From IMG/VR virus record IMGVR_UViG_3300038682_000122: DNA of 38,578 nt; one strand, 5' to 3'. The notes beneath the pieces are model-generated. The model saw nothing but the letters and a program-made list of their open reading frames with translations, ran no database searches and was not told where the DNA came from. This document shows positions 30,232-38,578 of the stretch, piece after piece. Positions within the stretch are counted from its first letter, which is position 1. Each line of letters begins with the position of its first letter. This stretch comes from a virus. Position numbers and translations under genes: made by a program.

Positions 30232-31014
30232 ATGGGCAAGCCACAAGCACCAACACCCCCAGACCCGTATGAAACCGCAGGCGCGGCAACTGGCACAAAT
30301 ATTGGCACAGCTATTGCGAATACCGCGATGGGCAATGTCAACCAAGTTGGCCCGAATGGAAGCCTGACCTACGAACAAACCGGAACTTATGACTGGACAG
30401 ACCCCAATTCTGGGCAGGTTTATCAACTTCCACAATACACGGCCACACAATCGCTTTCCGATGCAGGGCAAGGCATATTTGACCAAAGTCAAGGCGCGCA
30501 AATGGGCCTGGCAACGGCGGCGAACAACTTGGCCGGAAACATTGATTCAAGCCCTATGAATTTCGATACAAGCGCCGTTGAGGGTCATTTGTTTGACCTA
30601 GCCAGCAATAGGCTTGATCCAATGATGGAGCAGCGCCGCAGTCAGCTTGAAACCCGTTTAGCTAATCAAGGTTTAACGCCTGGGTCCGCAGCTTGGCAGG
30701 CGGAAATGGGCCAGTTTGGCCAGCAGCAAAACGACATGTATAATCAGTTGGCATTGACCGGGCGCGGGCAGGCGCTTAACGAAATGTATCAGCAGCGCAG
30801 CCAGCCGCTTAATGAAATTATGGCGCTGCTTGGCGGGTCGCAGGTCCAGCAACCTAACTTTGGTGTTAACCAGCCCACACAATCGGCAACTACTGACGTA
30901 GGGGCGCTGATTAACAACAATTACAATCAACAATACCAGAATTATCAATCTGATATGTCTAACAGGCAGTCTCTTATGGGTGGTTTATTCGGATTAGCTG
31001 CGGAGGCCATCTAA
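30232..31014 (+). CDS. Putative internal virion / ejection protein (N/Q-rich)
   Basis: 260 aa. The call rests on position before the LT-domain protein, and on its low-complexity Q/N-rich sequence. Confidence 0.4.
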   Translation: MGKPQAPTPPDPYETAGAATGTNIGTAIANTAMGNVNQVGPNGSLTYEQTGTYDWTDPNSGQVYQLPQYTATQSLSDAGQGIFDQSQGAQMGLATAANNLAGNIDSSPMNFDTSAVEGHLFDLASNRLDPMMEQRRSQLETRLANQGLTPGSAAWQAEMGQFGQQQNDMYNQLALTGRGQALNEMYQQRSQPLNEIMALLGGSQVQQPNFGVNQPTQSATTDVGALINNNYNQQYQNYQSDMSNRQSLMGGLFGLAAEAI

Positions 31015-32738
31015 TGGCAGTTGATTTGAGCGGTGCAGGGCAGTTTATCTTTGGCGGCAGCACGCCTTGGACCTATGAGCAAGTGCAACGGCAGCGCGCC
31101 ATTGCTGACCGCCTTCGGGCGGCCAACGCAGAAACCCCGCGCAACGTTGGTGAGGGCCTTTCGGCTATTGGCAGGGCTTTAGGTGCTAGGCGCAGGGAGA
31201 ACCGCGCAGAACGGCGCACAGGCGAGTTGCGAGCCGAATACGAGGCAAGCCCGGCTTATCAAGCTATCTTCGGCGCGCTAGGCGGTGGACAGCCACAAGG
31301 CGGCTCGGAGCCATATATCGCGCCACAACCTAACGCACCCATCACGGAAGGGCCGTTGCCCCTTGATAACCCGCAGGGGCTACCACAAAGCATTGTTGAT
31401 GCGGTGAACGGCGCTGATAGTGTTTCTCGATTTAATGACGGCCTTTCCGTCACTGAAAGCGGTGGCAATTATGGCGTGGTGAATAGCGAGGGCTACACGG
31501 GTAAATATCAATTCGGTCCTGCGCGACTTCAGGACTATAACACCGCGAATAATGCCAACGTTACAATGGAGGAGTTTAGGGCAAATCCACAATTGCAAGA
31601 GCAGGTTCAGCGGTGGCATGTTGGTGATATTGATAACTTTGTTGCTCAAAATGGCTTGGATCAATACATCGGACAAACCATTGGCGGCGTTTTGATTACA
31701 CAGGACGGCTTGCGGGCGATGGCGCACCTTGGCGGCAACGCTGGAATGAAGCGGTTTCTTGAAAGCGGCGGGCAGTATAACCCATCTGATAGCAACGGCA
31801 CGTCATTGGCTGATTACGCGGCAACACATGCGGGCGGTGGTCAGCCTGCCACAATGTCAGCGGACAATCGCCCGCCACAAGGGCAGCAGGGACAAATTGA
31901 CCCGCGCGCGATCATGCAGCTTATGGCTAACCCAATGGCCACGCCTGAACAAAAGCAATATCTCGGCATGTTGTTGCAGCAGCAAATGGCCACGCAACAA
32001 CCTGATTATGACCGTTATCGCGTAGTAGATGGGCAGCTTGTTGATTTGGGTGCTCCGGGAGGTCCACGGCCCGTTGAGGGCATTTCCGCACCCGTTGACA
32101 CCTCAGCACCTACGGTCAAACAGATCACCCGCGCTGATGGCTCAGAGGTCGCGGTGCAATGGCAACCTGATTCATCAAGCCCAAGCGGCGGATCGTGGAT
32201 TCCGATTGATGCGCCAGAGGGCGGGGGTGTTGTTGAATCTAAAACAGACCTTACAGAGGGTCAGGCTAAACTAACGCTATTTCAAAACCAAATGGAAGAA
32301 ACTGCGCCAGTTCTGCTTGATATCGAGAAGCAGTGGGATCCTTCCAACCTTGCTGATGCGGCGGCAAGAAGCACGCCAATCGCTGGTAATTTCTTCCAAT
32401 CATCCGCAGGTCAAGCATACCAAGCAACAGCAGCGGTATGGGCCGAAGGCGCTTTGCGCGTTGCCACGGGCGCAGCGGCGACACAAGATGAAATTGACAG
32501 GAATGTTGCCACATATTTCGCGCAGCCGGGCGACACGCCGACAACGATAGCCCACAAAGCACAATTGCGTGCGCTTTATCAGCGGTCAATCAAGCTAGCG
32601 CTTGGCGCTGGAAGCGTTGCTGGAAGCCTGCCAACGCCGATAGAGTTCCTTGAGGGCAATGGCGGTGGAAATGACATATCAAGCATGACTGATGAGCAAG
32701 CTCGGGAAGCAGCGCGGAGGCTTTTAGATGGCCAATAA
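31014..32738 (+). CDS. Internal virion / ejection protein with a lytic transglycosylase (lysozyme-like) domain
   Basis: VTESGGNYGVVNSEGYTGKYQFGPARL is a catalytic-Glu motif typical of phage SLT-like domains. 574 aa. Confidence 0.6.
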   Translation: MAVDLSGAGQFIFGGSTPWTYEQVQRQRAIADRLRAANAETPRNVGEGLSAIGRALGARRRENRAERRTGELRAEYEASPAYQAIFGALGGGQPQGGSEPYIAPQPNAPITEGPLPLDNPQGLPQSIVDAVNGADSVSRFNDGLSVTESGGNYGVVNSEGYTGKYQFGPARLQDYNTANNANVTMEEFRANPQLQEQVQRWHVGDIDNFVAQNGLDQYIGQTIGGVLITQDGLRAMAHLGGNAGMKRFLESGGQYNPSDSNGTSLADYAATHAGGGQPATMSADNRPPQGQQGQIDPRAIMQLMANPMATPEQKQYLGMLLQQQMATQQPDYDRYRVVDGQLVDLGAPGGPRPVEGISAPVDTSAPTVKQITRADGSEVAVQWQPDSSSPSGGSWIPIDAPEGGGVVESKTDLTEGQAKLTLFQNQMEETAPVLLDIEKQWDPSNLADAAARSTPIAGNFFQSSAGQAYQATAAVWAEGALRVATGAAATQDEIDRNVATYFAQPGDTPTTIAHKAQLRALYQRSIKLALGAGSVAGSLPTPIEFLEGNGGGNDISSMTDEQAREAARRLLDGQ

Positions 32739-34641
32739 TTCCGGCGATATTACCGAAGGACCAGTTGGTGGCAGAGGGGAAGCGACCCAAATTCTCGAGC
32801 TAATTAACCGGCTTGAGGCTATGGAAAACATAACCCCAATGGACCAAGAGCTTTTGGACGGGTTAAGGACAAAGCAACAAGCTGCGCAGCGTGAGATGGG
32901 CGTTTATCCAGCTATGGGGCGCGGTCTACAACAGGCGGCAACATTCGGATTTGCTGATGAAATTGGCGGATTGATTGGCGGGCCAGAGAAGCGCGATGCG
33001 ATGCGACTTGATGATGTAATTGCTGAAACACAATACCCGGAACCGTATGCTGCGGGCCAAGTTGGCGGCACTGCCTTGACATCAGTCCTCCCTATGGGAT
33101 GGGTTGGTAGGGCAAAAACGGCGTCACAGGCTGCGATGCGCGGCATGGGGGCTGGTGCTGTTGAGGGCGGGCTTCAAGGGTTTGGCGAGGGCGAGGGCGG
33201 GGCTTCTCAACGCCTATGGAATGCAATGCCGGGCGCGGCAATAGGTGCGGCTGTTGGCGGTGTTGTTCCAGCACTTGCCAGCGGTGGTGGCCGTGTTGCG
33301 CGACTGCTATCAGGTGGCGGGGACGCTATCGAGGGATTTAGTAACTTAGCAGCACGCAAGGCGACATCGGCCATGCGCCAAAGTATGCGGATATCACCGC
33401 CGGGCGAGATTGAAGACTATCTCGCCAGAATCGGAAATGAAGGAACATTGGCTGACGTGCCGGGGGCATTGCAATCGCGTGGCATGGGCCTAGTATCCAT
33501 GCCTGGCGAAGGTGGCGAGACTATTGCTCGGATGCTTAGAGGCAGGGCAGATGGCGCAGGCCAGCGGATTGCCGACGATGTTGATGAAGTTCTAGGCGGG
33601 GCTGGCGCAGCAGGTGCAAATCGCGCCGCTCAAAGCGACCTTAGGCAAAATGTTGGCAGCCCACTATACGAGGCAGCACTAGCAAGCACTGACCAGATTA
33701 ACACGTCAAACCTTGCCGCATCATTGCAAGCTAGAATCGACGTAGCAGGGCCGGATACGAGGGCCGTGCTTCAAAAATTCCGAGGCGACCTTGGCGAGGA
33801 TATGAGTGCAGTTCAACTGCACAATCTGCGGTCTGATTTAAGCGATGCAGTTGCTGCCGCAAATAGGGCTGGTAATTCTAAGCAATCTCTTGCATTAGGT
33901 GAAGCGCTTGACGAAATAACGCAGGAACTTGACCACATCCCGGGCTATGCTGACGCGCGCGCGATTTGGGCTGATACCTATGAGGTTGAGGACGCAATTC
34001 AACGTGGCCGTGAAGCACTATCAGGCGGCGCAATCAATGCCCAATCTCCGCAAGCCCTAAGAGAGATGCTTGCGGGAATGAAGGAAAACGAGCGTGAAGC
34101 CTTTGTGCAGGGTGTCCGTGAATATGTTTACGCAAGAATGGGAACCGCACGAAATGCGCCAGCCACAGCAAGGGCAGATTTAACTAAAGAATGGAACATT
34201 GAAAAGTTGAATGAAATCCTCGGTCCAGAGGAAGCGTCGCAGCTTTTCAACAGGCTTGAGGCAGAGCAAGTATTTAGTGACACAAGGGGGCGTTTAGACG
34301 CTGGCTCTATGACACAGCTAAGGCAAGAGTCTGCCGCTGACCTTGGCGATTTGCGCGCGCCGGATACGCTACGCAGGCCGGGTCCATTGCGCCGAATGAA
34401 AATGGGCGCTGATGAAGCTGGCAATGCTATTTTAGACGCGCTCACATCAGGCAGAACCGCTAATGCAAATATGGATATGGGCCGAATACTTTCAGCACAG
34501 GGTCCAGAACGCGACGCTATTGTTCAGCAATTATTGCGGAATGTGCAGAATGGTCCACAAACTAAAGCAGAACAAAGAACAATTGCAGCATTGCGCCCAT
34601 TGCTTATGGGCGTAGGGCTAAACGCAACAGGAGATATGTAA
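32728..34641 (+). CDS. Large internal virion / ejection protein
   Basis: 637 aa, Gly/Ala-rich N-terminus. The call rests on position (analogue of T7 gp16). Confidence 0.4.
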   Translation: MANNSGDITEGPVGGRGEATQILELINRLEAMENITPMDQELLDGLRTKQQAAQREMGVYPAMGRGLQQAATFGFADEIGGLIGGPEKRDAMRLDDVIAETQYPEPYAAGQVGGTALTSVLPMGWVGRAKTASQAAMRGMGAGAVEGGLQGFGEGEGGASQRLWNAMPGAAIGAAVGGVVPALASGGGRVARLLSGGGDAIEGFSNLAARKATSAMRQSMRISPPGEIEDYLARIGNEGTLADVPGALQSRGMGLVSMPGEGGETIARMLRGRADGAGQRIADDVDEVLGGAGAAGANRAAQSDLRQNVGSPLYEAALASTDQINTSNLAASLQARIDVAGPDTRAVLQKFRGDLGEDMSAVQLHNLRSDLSDAVAAANRAGNSKQSLALGEALDEITQELDHIPGYADARAIWADTYEVEDAIQRGREALSGGAINAQSPQALREMLAGMKENEREAFVQGVREYVYARMGTARNAPATARADLTKEWNIEKLNEILGPEEASQLFNRLEAEQVFSDTRGRLDAGSMTQLRQESAADLGDLRAPDTLRRPGPLRRMKMGADEAGNAILDALTSGRTANANMDMGRILSAQGPERDAIVQQLLRNVQNGPQTKAEQRTIAALRPLLMGVGLNATGDM

Positions 34642-35828
34642 TGTCCCGAAACGGATCAGGTGTTTACAGTTTGCCAGCGGGATCAATCGCAACGGATGGC
34701 ACGACAGTTCTAGCCACCACACACAACACCCCGCTGGCTGACCTTGAAGCGGATATGAATACCCCGCGGCCAATTGTTGCGGGCGGCACAGGCGCGGTTA
34801 CGGCCACGCTGGCGCGTCATAACCTTGATATGGATGCAATGATTTTGGACAAGTCGGGGGACTATACAGTGGTAGCCTGGGATAGGTCTAAACTTATTCG
34901 ATCAACGGCCACAATGACGCTATCGTTAACGGCGGCAGCAACGTGTGGTAATGGTTGGTTTATTGATGTTTTGGCTACTACGGGAACGCTAACCATTGAT
35001 CCTGATGGCTCGGAAACAATTGACGGTGCTTCAACGCTTGAAGTCACAGTAGGTCAATCTTGCCGCATTCGGTGCAATGGCACGGCATTTTATTCACAGT
35101 TCAAAACAACCACTATTGGCACAAATGTTCAGGCATGGGATGCGCAGCTCGACGATATAGCCGCTTTGGCGGTCACAGATGGCAATATCATTGTCGGTGA
35201 TGGTGCGAATTGGGTTGCTGAAAGCGGCGCTACGGCGCGGGCTTCCTTGGGCGTTAACACGGCAACGGACACGGCAGAGGGGCTAGTTGAAAAGTCAACC
35301 AGTGCGGAAAATGTAGCAGGAACGGCAACAGATGTTTTCCCTGACGTTGCTGGCGTTAAAGAAATGGTGGATACATTCTCGCCGCCACAATTGGAAATGT
35401 ATTACCAAACAACAGGGAATGGGGCTGTTGCTACATTTAGCACATCATTTGCTGATTTAACGATCAACGCAACCGGGCGAAACATTCTCGGCGCAACATT
35501 AACGTCAAACCAAATCACGGGCTTGGTTGCTGGGGATTATTATGCGCAGTGGGTTGTAACGGCATATGCTGGCTCTGTGGTGGGGTTCCCCCATGTTGAT
35601 ACGATGCTCTATGATGTTACGGGTGCGGCATACCTTGCGGCTTCAGCCTCTGGTCGGCTCAACGATAATACCTCGGTAAGCATAACGGGCGCTGGATTCT
35701 TTACCCTTGGGGCAACGTCCACAATATCATTGCGGGGGGTTGGTGAGGTTTCATCCCTTGATAATGGCGTTGCCGCCAATACTGGCAAGGTTCACAACAA
35801 TTCTATAATTCGTCTTTGGAAAATTTAG
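34641..35828 (+). CDS. Tail fibre protein
   Basis: The N-terminus SGVYSLPAGSIATDGTTVLATTHNTPLADLEADMN...VAGGTGAVTATLARHNL is typical of phage fibre N-termini. Confidence 0.6.
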   Translation: MSRNGSGVYSLPAGSIATDGTTVLATTHNTPLADLEADMNTPRPIVAGGTGAVTATLARHNLDMDAMILDKSGDYTVVAWDRSKLIRSTATMTLSLTAAATCGNGWFIDVLATTGTLTIDPDGSETIDGASTLEVTVGQSCRIRCNGTAFYSQFKTTTIGTNVQAWDAQLDDIAALAVTDGNIIVGDGANWVAESGATARASLGVNTATDTAEGLVEKSTSAENVAGTATDVFPDVAGVKEMVDTFSPPQLEMYYQTTGNGAVATFSTSFADLTINATGRNILGATLTSNQITGLVAGDYYAQWVVTAYAGSVVGFPHVDTMLYDVTGAAYLAASASGRLNDNTSVSITGAGFFTLGATSTISLRGVGEVSSLDNGVAANTGKVHNNSIIRLWKI

Positions 35829-35838
35829 GAGGCCTATC

Positions 35839-36201
35839 ATGGCAGAAATAGCATACACAACCAGCATTGAACAGCCGGGGATTAAGCACACATACACATG
35901 GAGCAATGTCACGGAAAATGACACATGCGCTCCGTTTGAATTCCAAGACTTGGCGCAAGATATTTCCATCGAGGCTGACGATACATCGGCATGGGGCGGG
36001 GCTTCGCTTACGCTAGTTGGCAGCAACGGCGGATCAAGCGGGGCGGTTTGCACGGCAATGGACGGATCAACGGCGGCATGGACCGCTAACGCGCTGTTTT
36101 CTGTTTTGCAGCGCCCCGGGTCGATTACGCCAACCTTTGCTGGTGGTTCCTCTCAGTCAGTCAGTATTGCTATGACTGTTTGGTATCAGCCAGTAGGATG
36201 A
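35839..36201 (+). CDS. Hypothetical tail-associated protein
   Basis: 120-aa ORF with an AGGAGG ribosome-binding site. Confidence 0.5.
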   Translation: MAEIAYTTSIEQPGIKHTYTWSNVTENDTCAPFEFQDLAQDISIEADDTSAWGGASLTLVGSNGGSSGAVCTAMDGSTAAWTANALFSVLQRPGSITPTFAGGSSQSVSIAMTVWYQPVG

Positions 36202-37250
36202 GTTATTTATTAAACATGCGTAGGCGCAATGGTGGCAACCCCTTTGCTGACTACATCCTTGAAGGCAATGCGCCCTCACTGGTCATGGATACCGAGGCTG
36301 GCTTGTATGGCCTAGACGGGGCAAGCAAGGCCATTGCTGATGTGGTGACGTTAACGCGGGCATCCACGGCCACCTACGTTAATTCTAGCGGTGTGCTGGC
36401 ATCTGCCGCTGTTGATGAAATACGGGTTGACCATGATGGAAGTGGTAACGTCTTAGGCATGTTGGTTGAGCCTGCGGCTACTAATTTGCTGCTGAATACA
36501 GCCACCCTTTCCACTCAAAATGTAACAGTAACGGCGGTTGAACATACCCTTCACTTCACAGGCACGGGAACAATCACACTGTCAGGGGCTTCCACGGCTG
36601 GACCTCTTGTTGGCACTGGAACGGGCGAAAGCAACCGTGTTAGCCTGACATTTACGCCCAATGCTGGAACTTTGATTTGTATTGTCACCGGTTCGGTCAC
36701 GGTTGCGCAATTGGAGGTTGGACCGCAATCTTCTTACTATCCGAGCACAGGAACGCAGGGCACACGGGCTAAAGACGTTCCCCTCACCTTGCTAAGTGCA
36801 TTTGATTTCAACACTACGGTAGGGACTGTTTTGATTGAGTATGAATCTCCTAAGATTAATAGCCAGCATTTTGTGAATATATCTGACGGAACCGCTAACA
36901 ATAGAATTTACTATCAAAGATCAGGCGGGGGGCAAGACCAGCATCGTTCATTTGTTAAGGATGGAGGCGTAGGAACTGCAGACGTAGTAGGGCTGGCCGC
37001 TGAAACCGTTGGCGGGAATTTCAGGGGGGCTTTTTCTTGGGAAACCACTGTGTCATTCGGGTTGTCTGTAGATGGCGCGGCGGTTGTCGAAGATACTGGC
37101 GTTGGCGTGACCATCCCTACTGGGTTAACCAGCCTAGATTATGGCATGAGTTATTTGCAGAATTCCCAACTCGGTGGGCACATTAAAAAACTAATCTACT
37201 ACCATGCCCGCCTATCAAACAGCGCACTTGAAACGTGGTCAGGAGCATAG
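36198..37250 (+). CDS. Putative second fibre / receptor-binding protein
   Basis: ATGA-coupled ATG at 36198. 350 aa, rich in T/S/G/V beta sequence. Confidence 0.4.
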   Translation: MSYLLNMRRRNGGNPFADYILEGNAPSLVMDTEAGLYGLDGASKAIADVVTLTRASTATYVNSSGVLASAAVDEIRVDHDGSGNVLGMLVEPAATNLLLNTATLSTQNVTVTAVEHTLHFTGTGTITLSGASTAGPLVGTGTGESNRVSLTFTPNAGTLICIVTGSVTVAQLEVGPQSSYYPSTGTQGTRAKDVPLTLLSAFDFNTTVGTVLIEYESPKINSQHFVNISDGTANNRIYYQRSGGGQDQHRSFVKDGGVGTADVVGLAAETVGGNFRGAFSWETTVSFGLSVDGAAVVEDTGVGVTIPTGLTSLDYGMSYLQNSQLGGHIKKLIYYHARLSNSALETWSGA

Positions 37251-37277
37251 CGCAGGGCGGCGCGTGAAAGGAAGAAC

Positions 37278-37502
37278 ATGACACCAGAGGAACACCAAAT
37301 GCTCAAAGAAACGAACGAGCGCACTGAACGCTTTGATCGTTTTTGGTTTGAGCCAGTGATTGAGGGAGGCAAGAGCCGGGCATGGGAACACGACCAAATG
37401 GCCAAGCATTGGAAACTGGGCAAGTTTTCGTTCAAGGCAATAATGTGGCTCGGCGGGATGATTGCCGCCGTGTCGGCGTTTCTGGTGAAATGGTGGGGTT
37501 GA
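37278..37502 (+). CDS. Small protein with a C-terminal TM helix
   Basis: AAAGGAAG ribosome-binding site. C-terminal FKAIMWLGGMIAAVSAFLVKWW. Confidence 0.5.
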   Translation: MTPEEHQMLKETNERTERFDRFWFEPVIEGGKSRAWEHDQMAKHWKLGKFSFKAIMWLGGMIAAVSAFLVKWWG

Positions 37503-37504
37503 AA

Positions 37505-37957
37505 ATGGCCATACGGAAAACCATAGGGGTTTCGCATGTTCTGGCAACTGCTGCTTGTTTGTGGGGTGTGTTGTGGGCGGTAGCATCGCCGTCATACTGG
37601 TTCGAGGTTCGAAGTGTCTTCATTCCAGATGCGGCGCGGGGCAATTTTATCCCTATGGTGGTTGACCGTGAAATCCACCTACCGTTCACGGGGGAATACC
37701 GCGTCGAGGCCCGCAACATAATCGGCAACACCATTGAGTGTGAGGCGCATGGTAAGGTTGACTACCGACCTGATGCAGAATTGCCCGAACCGCTTGTGCT
37801 GAGCTGGTGGGCCTATTCAGACACACGCTGCCACGATCTTCCAAATGGAACATACAGTGTGAAAACCACATGGGAGGTTGAACGGCTATGGGGATTCATC
37901 CCGGATGGGAAGGTCGTGGCGGTATCAAATTATTTCACAGTAGGAGAACCGGAATGA
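37505..37957 (+). CDS. N-terminally anchored or secreted protein of unknown function
   Basis: The ATG at 37505 lies 2 nt after the upstream stop. N-terminal VSHVLATAACLWGVLWAVA. About 120 aa are predicted to be periplasmic. Confidence 0.5.
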   Translation: MAIRKTIGVSHVLATAACLWGVLWAVASPSYWFEVRSVFIPDAARGNFIPMVVDREIHLPFTGEYRVEARNIIGNTIECEAHGKVDYRPDAELPEPLVLSWWAYSDTRCHDLPNGTYSVKTTWEVERLWGFIPDGKVVAVSNYFTVGEPE

Positions 37958-38559
37958 CCAAGAAAGCACTCTTTATTCACTGCCTTGCAACGCCAGCGGA
38001 CTTTATGGAAGGTCGGCCAGTTGAGGAAGTGGTTGCCACGGTTAAGCGTTGGCACCTTGAGCGGGGATGGTCCGACATCGGGTATGCTAAGATTGGGCAC
38101 CGCGATGGCACTTCGGCAGATGGTCGCGACAAAGACAATGACGGTGATGTTTATGAAGAAACCGGCGCACACGCCAAAGGCTACAATGTCAGCGGAATTG
38201 GTATCGCGCTGGTTGGTGGCAAGGGAAGCAAGCGCACTGACAAATTCAGTGACCATTACACCGAGGCGCAGCGCCAGTGGCTTTGGGATGAAATCGACGC
38301 AGTGCGCGCCCGCTACGGTGACGATATTGAGATTCGGGGCCACAATGAAGTGAGCAGTAAGGCGTGCCCTGGCTTTAATGTGCAGGAGTTCTTGGCCGAA
38401 GGTCGCCCGCGCAAATCAACCAAATCAACCACACTAGCCGCTACAGGCAGCGCTGCTGCCATTGTCGGGGCCGTTGCCGCTGATCTGCCTTCATGGGCGT
38501 ATGTGGCGATTGTGGCGGCTCTGGTAGGCGCGTTTATTATATGGAAGGTGAGAAAATGA
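37954..38559 (+). CDS. Endolysin: N-acetylmuramoyl-L-alanine amidase (T7 lysozyme / PGRP type) with a C-terminal TM anchor
   Basis: The ATG at 37954 follows AGGAGA and overlaps the upstream stop (ATGA). Zn-ligand context IHCLATP...GHNEVSSKACPGF. C-terminal WAYVAIVAALVGAFIIWKVRK. Confidence 0.8.
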   Translation: MTKKALFIHCLATPADFMEGRPVEEVVATVKRWHLERGWSDIGYAKIGHRDGTSADGRDKDNDGDVYEETGAHAKGYNVSGIGIALVGGKGSKRTDKFSDHYTEAQRQWLWDEIDAVRARYGDDIEIRGHNEVSSKACPGFNVQEFLAEGRPRKSTKSTTLAATGSAAAIVGAVAADLPSWAYVAIVAALVGAFIIWKVRK

Positions 38560-38578
38560 AAACCGAAGTGAACAAACC
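38502..38578. repeat. Terminal direct repeat, copy 2 (identical to 1..77)
   Basis: Exact 77-nt match to the window start. Confidence 0.9.

Noticed and set aside
1-38578. Search for CRISPR arrays, tRNA/rRNA genes, integrase/excisionase, DNA or RNA polymerase, and known defence or anti-defence genes
   Set aside because: No spaced identical repeats, cloverleaf candidates or recognisable catalytic motifs (for example the tyrosine recombinase R..HxxR..Y, or polymerase motifs) were seen in any listed ORF. This absence rests on reading by eye, not on profile searches.

Overview
**Overview.** The window is a complete, circularly closed genome of a dsDNA tailed phage. Bases 1-77 recur exactly at 38502-38578, so the unique length is 38,501 bp, the window origin is arbitrary, and the lysis cassette runs across the junction.

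**Layout.**
1. Leftward early/accessory arm (minus strand, 10500 down to 738): ERF-type annealase, SSB, NinB-like protein, a small HNH-like nuclease, an ASCH protein, an HNH homing endonuclease, many small ORFs, and two secreted/outer-membrane-type moron genes.
2. Divergent promoter region at about 10.55-10.64 kb, with a 59-aa Cro-like HTH gene that is missing from the ORF track.
3. Rightward replication/middle arm: DUF551 protein, tandem winged-helix protein, VRR-NUC nuclease, a winged-helix initiator-like gene with internal iterons, SF2 helicase, HNH-AP2 homing endonuclease, P4-type Zn-ribbon/Toprim primase, and several small promoter-framed cassettes.
4. Late arm (18818 to 38559, continuing to 741): TerS, TerL, portal, scaffold, major capsid, decoration-like protein, tail tubular-like proteins, a GNAT-like gene, three ejection proteins (one with a lytic transglycosylase motif), fibre genes, and a lysis cassette made of an amidase, a holin-like protein and overlapped spanins.

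**What I did not find.** I saw no integrase, CI-type repressor, DNA or RNA polymerase, tRNA, CRISPR array or recognisable defence system.

**Type and host.** Gene order after the capsid gene is podovirus-like (T7 order, without an RNA polymerase). An Omp25/Omp31-like gene and promoters of the CTTGAC-N16-CTATAT type suggest an alphaproteobacterial, Rhizobiales-like host; this is inference.

**Most unusual items.**
- A pair of covarying RNA hairpins, each anchored exactly at a stop codon.
- A duplicated 19-nt promoter/operator core.
- An amidase endolysin with a C-terminal membrane anchor.
- A GNAT-like gene inside the ejection-protein module.
- An SSB whose IPF tip is internal, alongside an ERF that ends in an SSB-like tip.
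- An AT-rich C2H2 gene bracketed by related hairpins and a 10-bp direct repeat.

**Limits.** All functional calls come from reading motifs by eye. No searches or computations were run.
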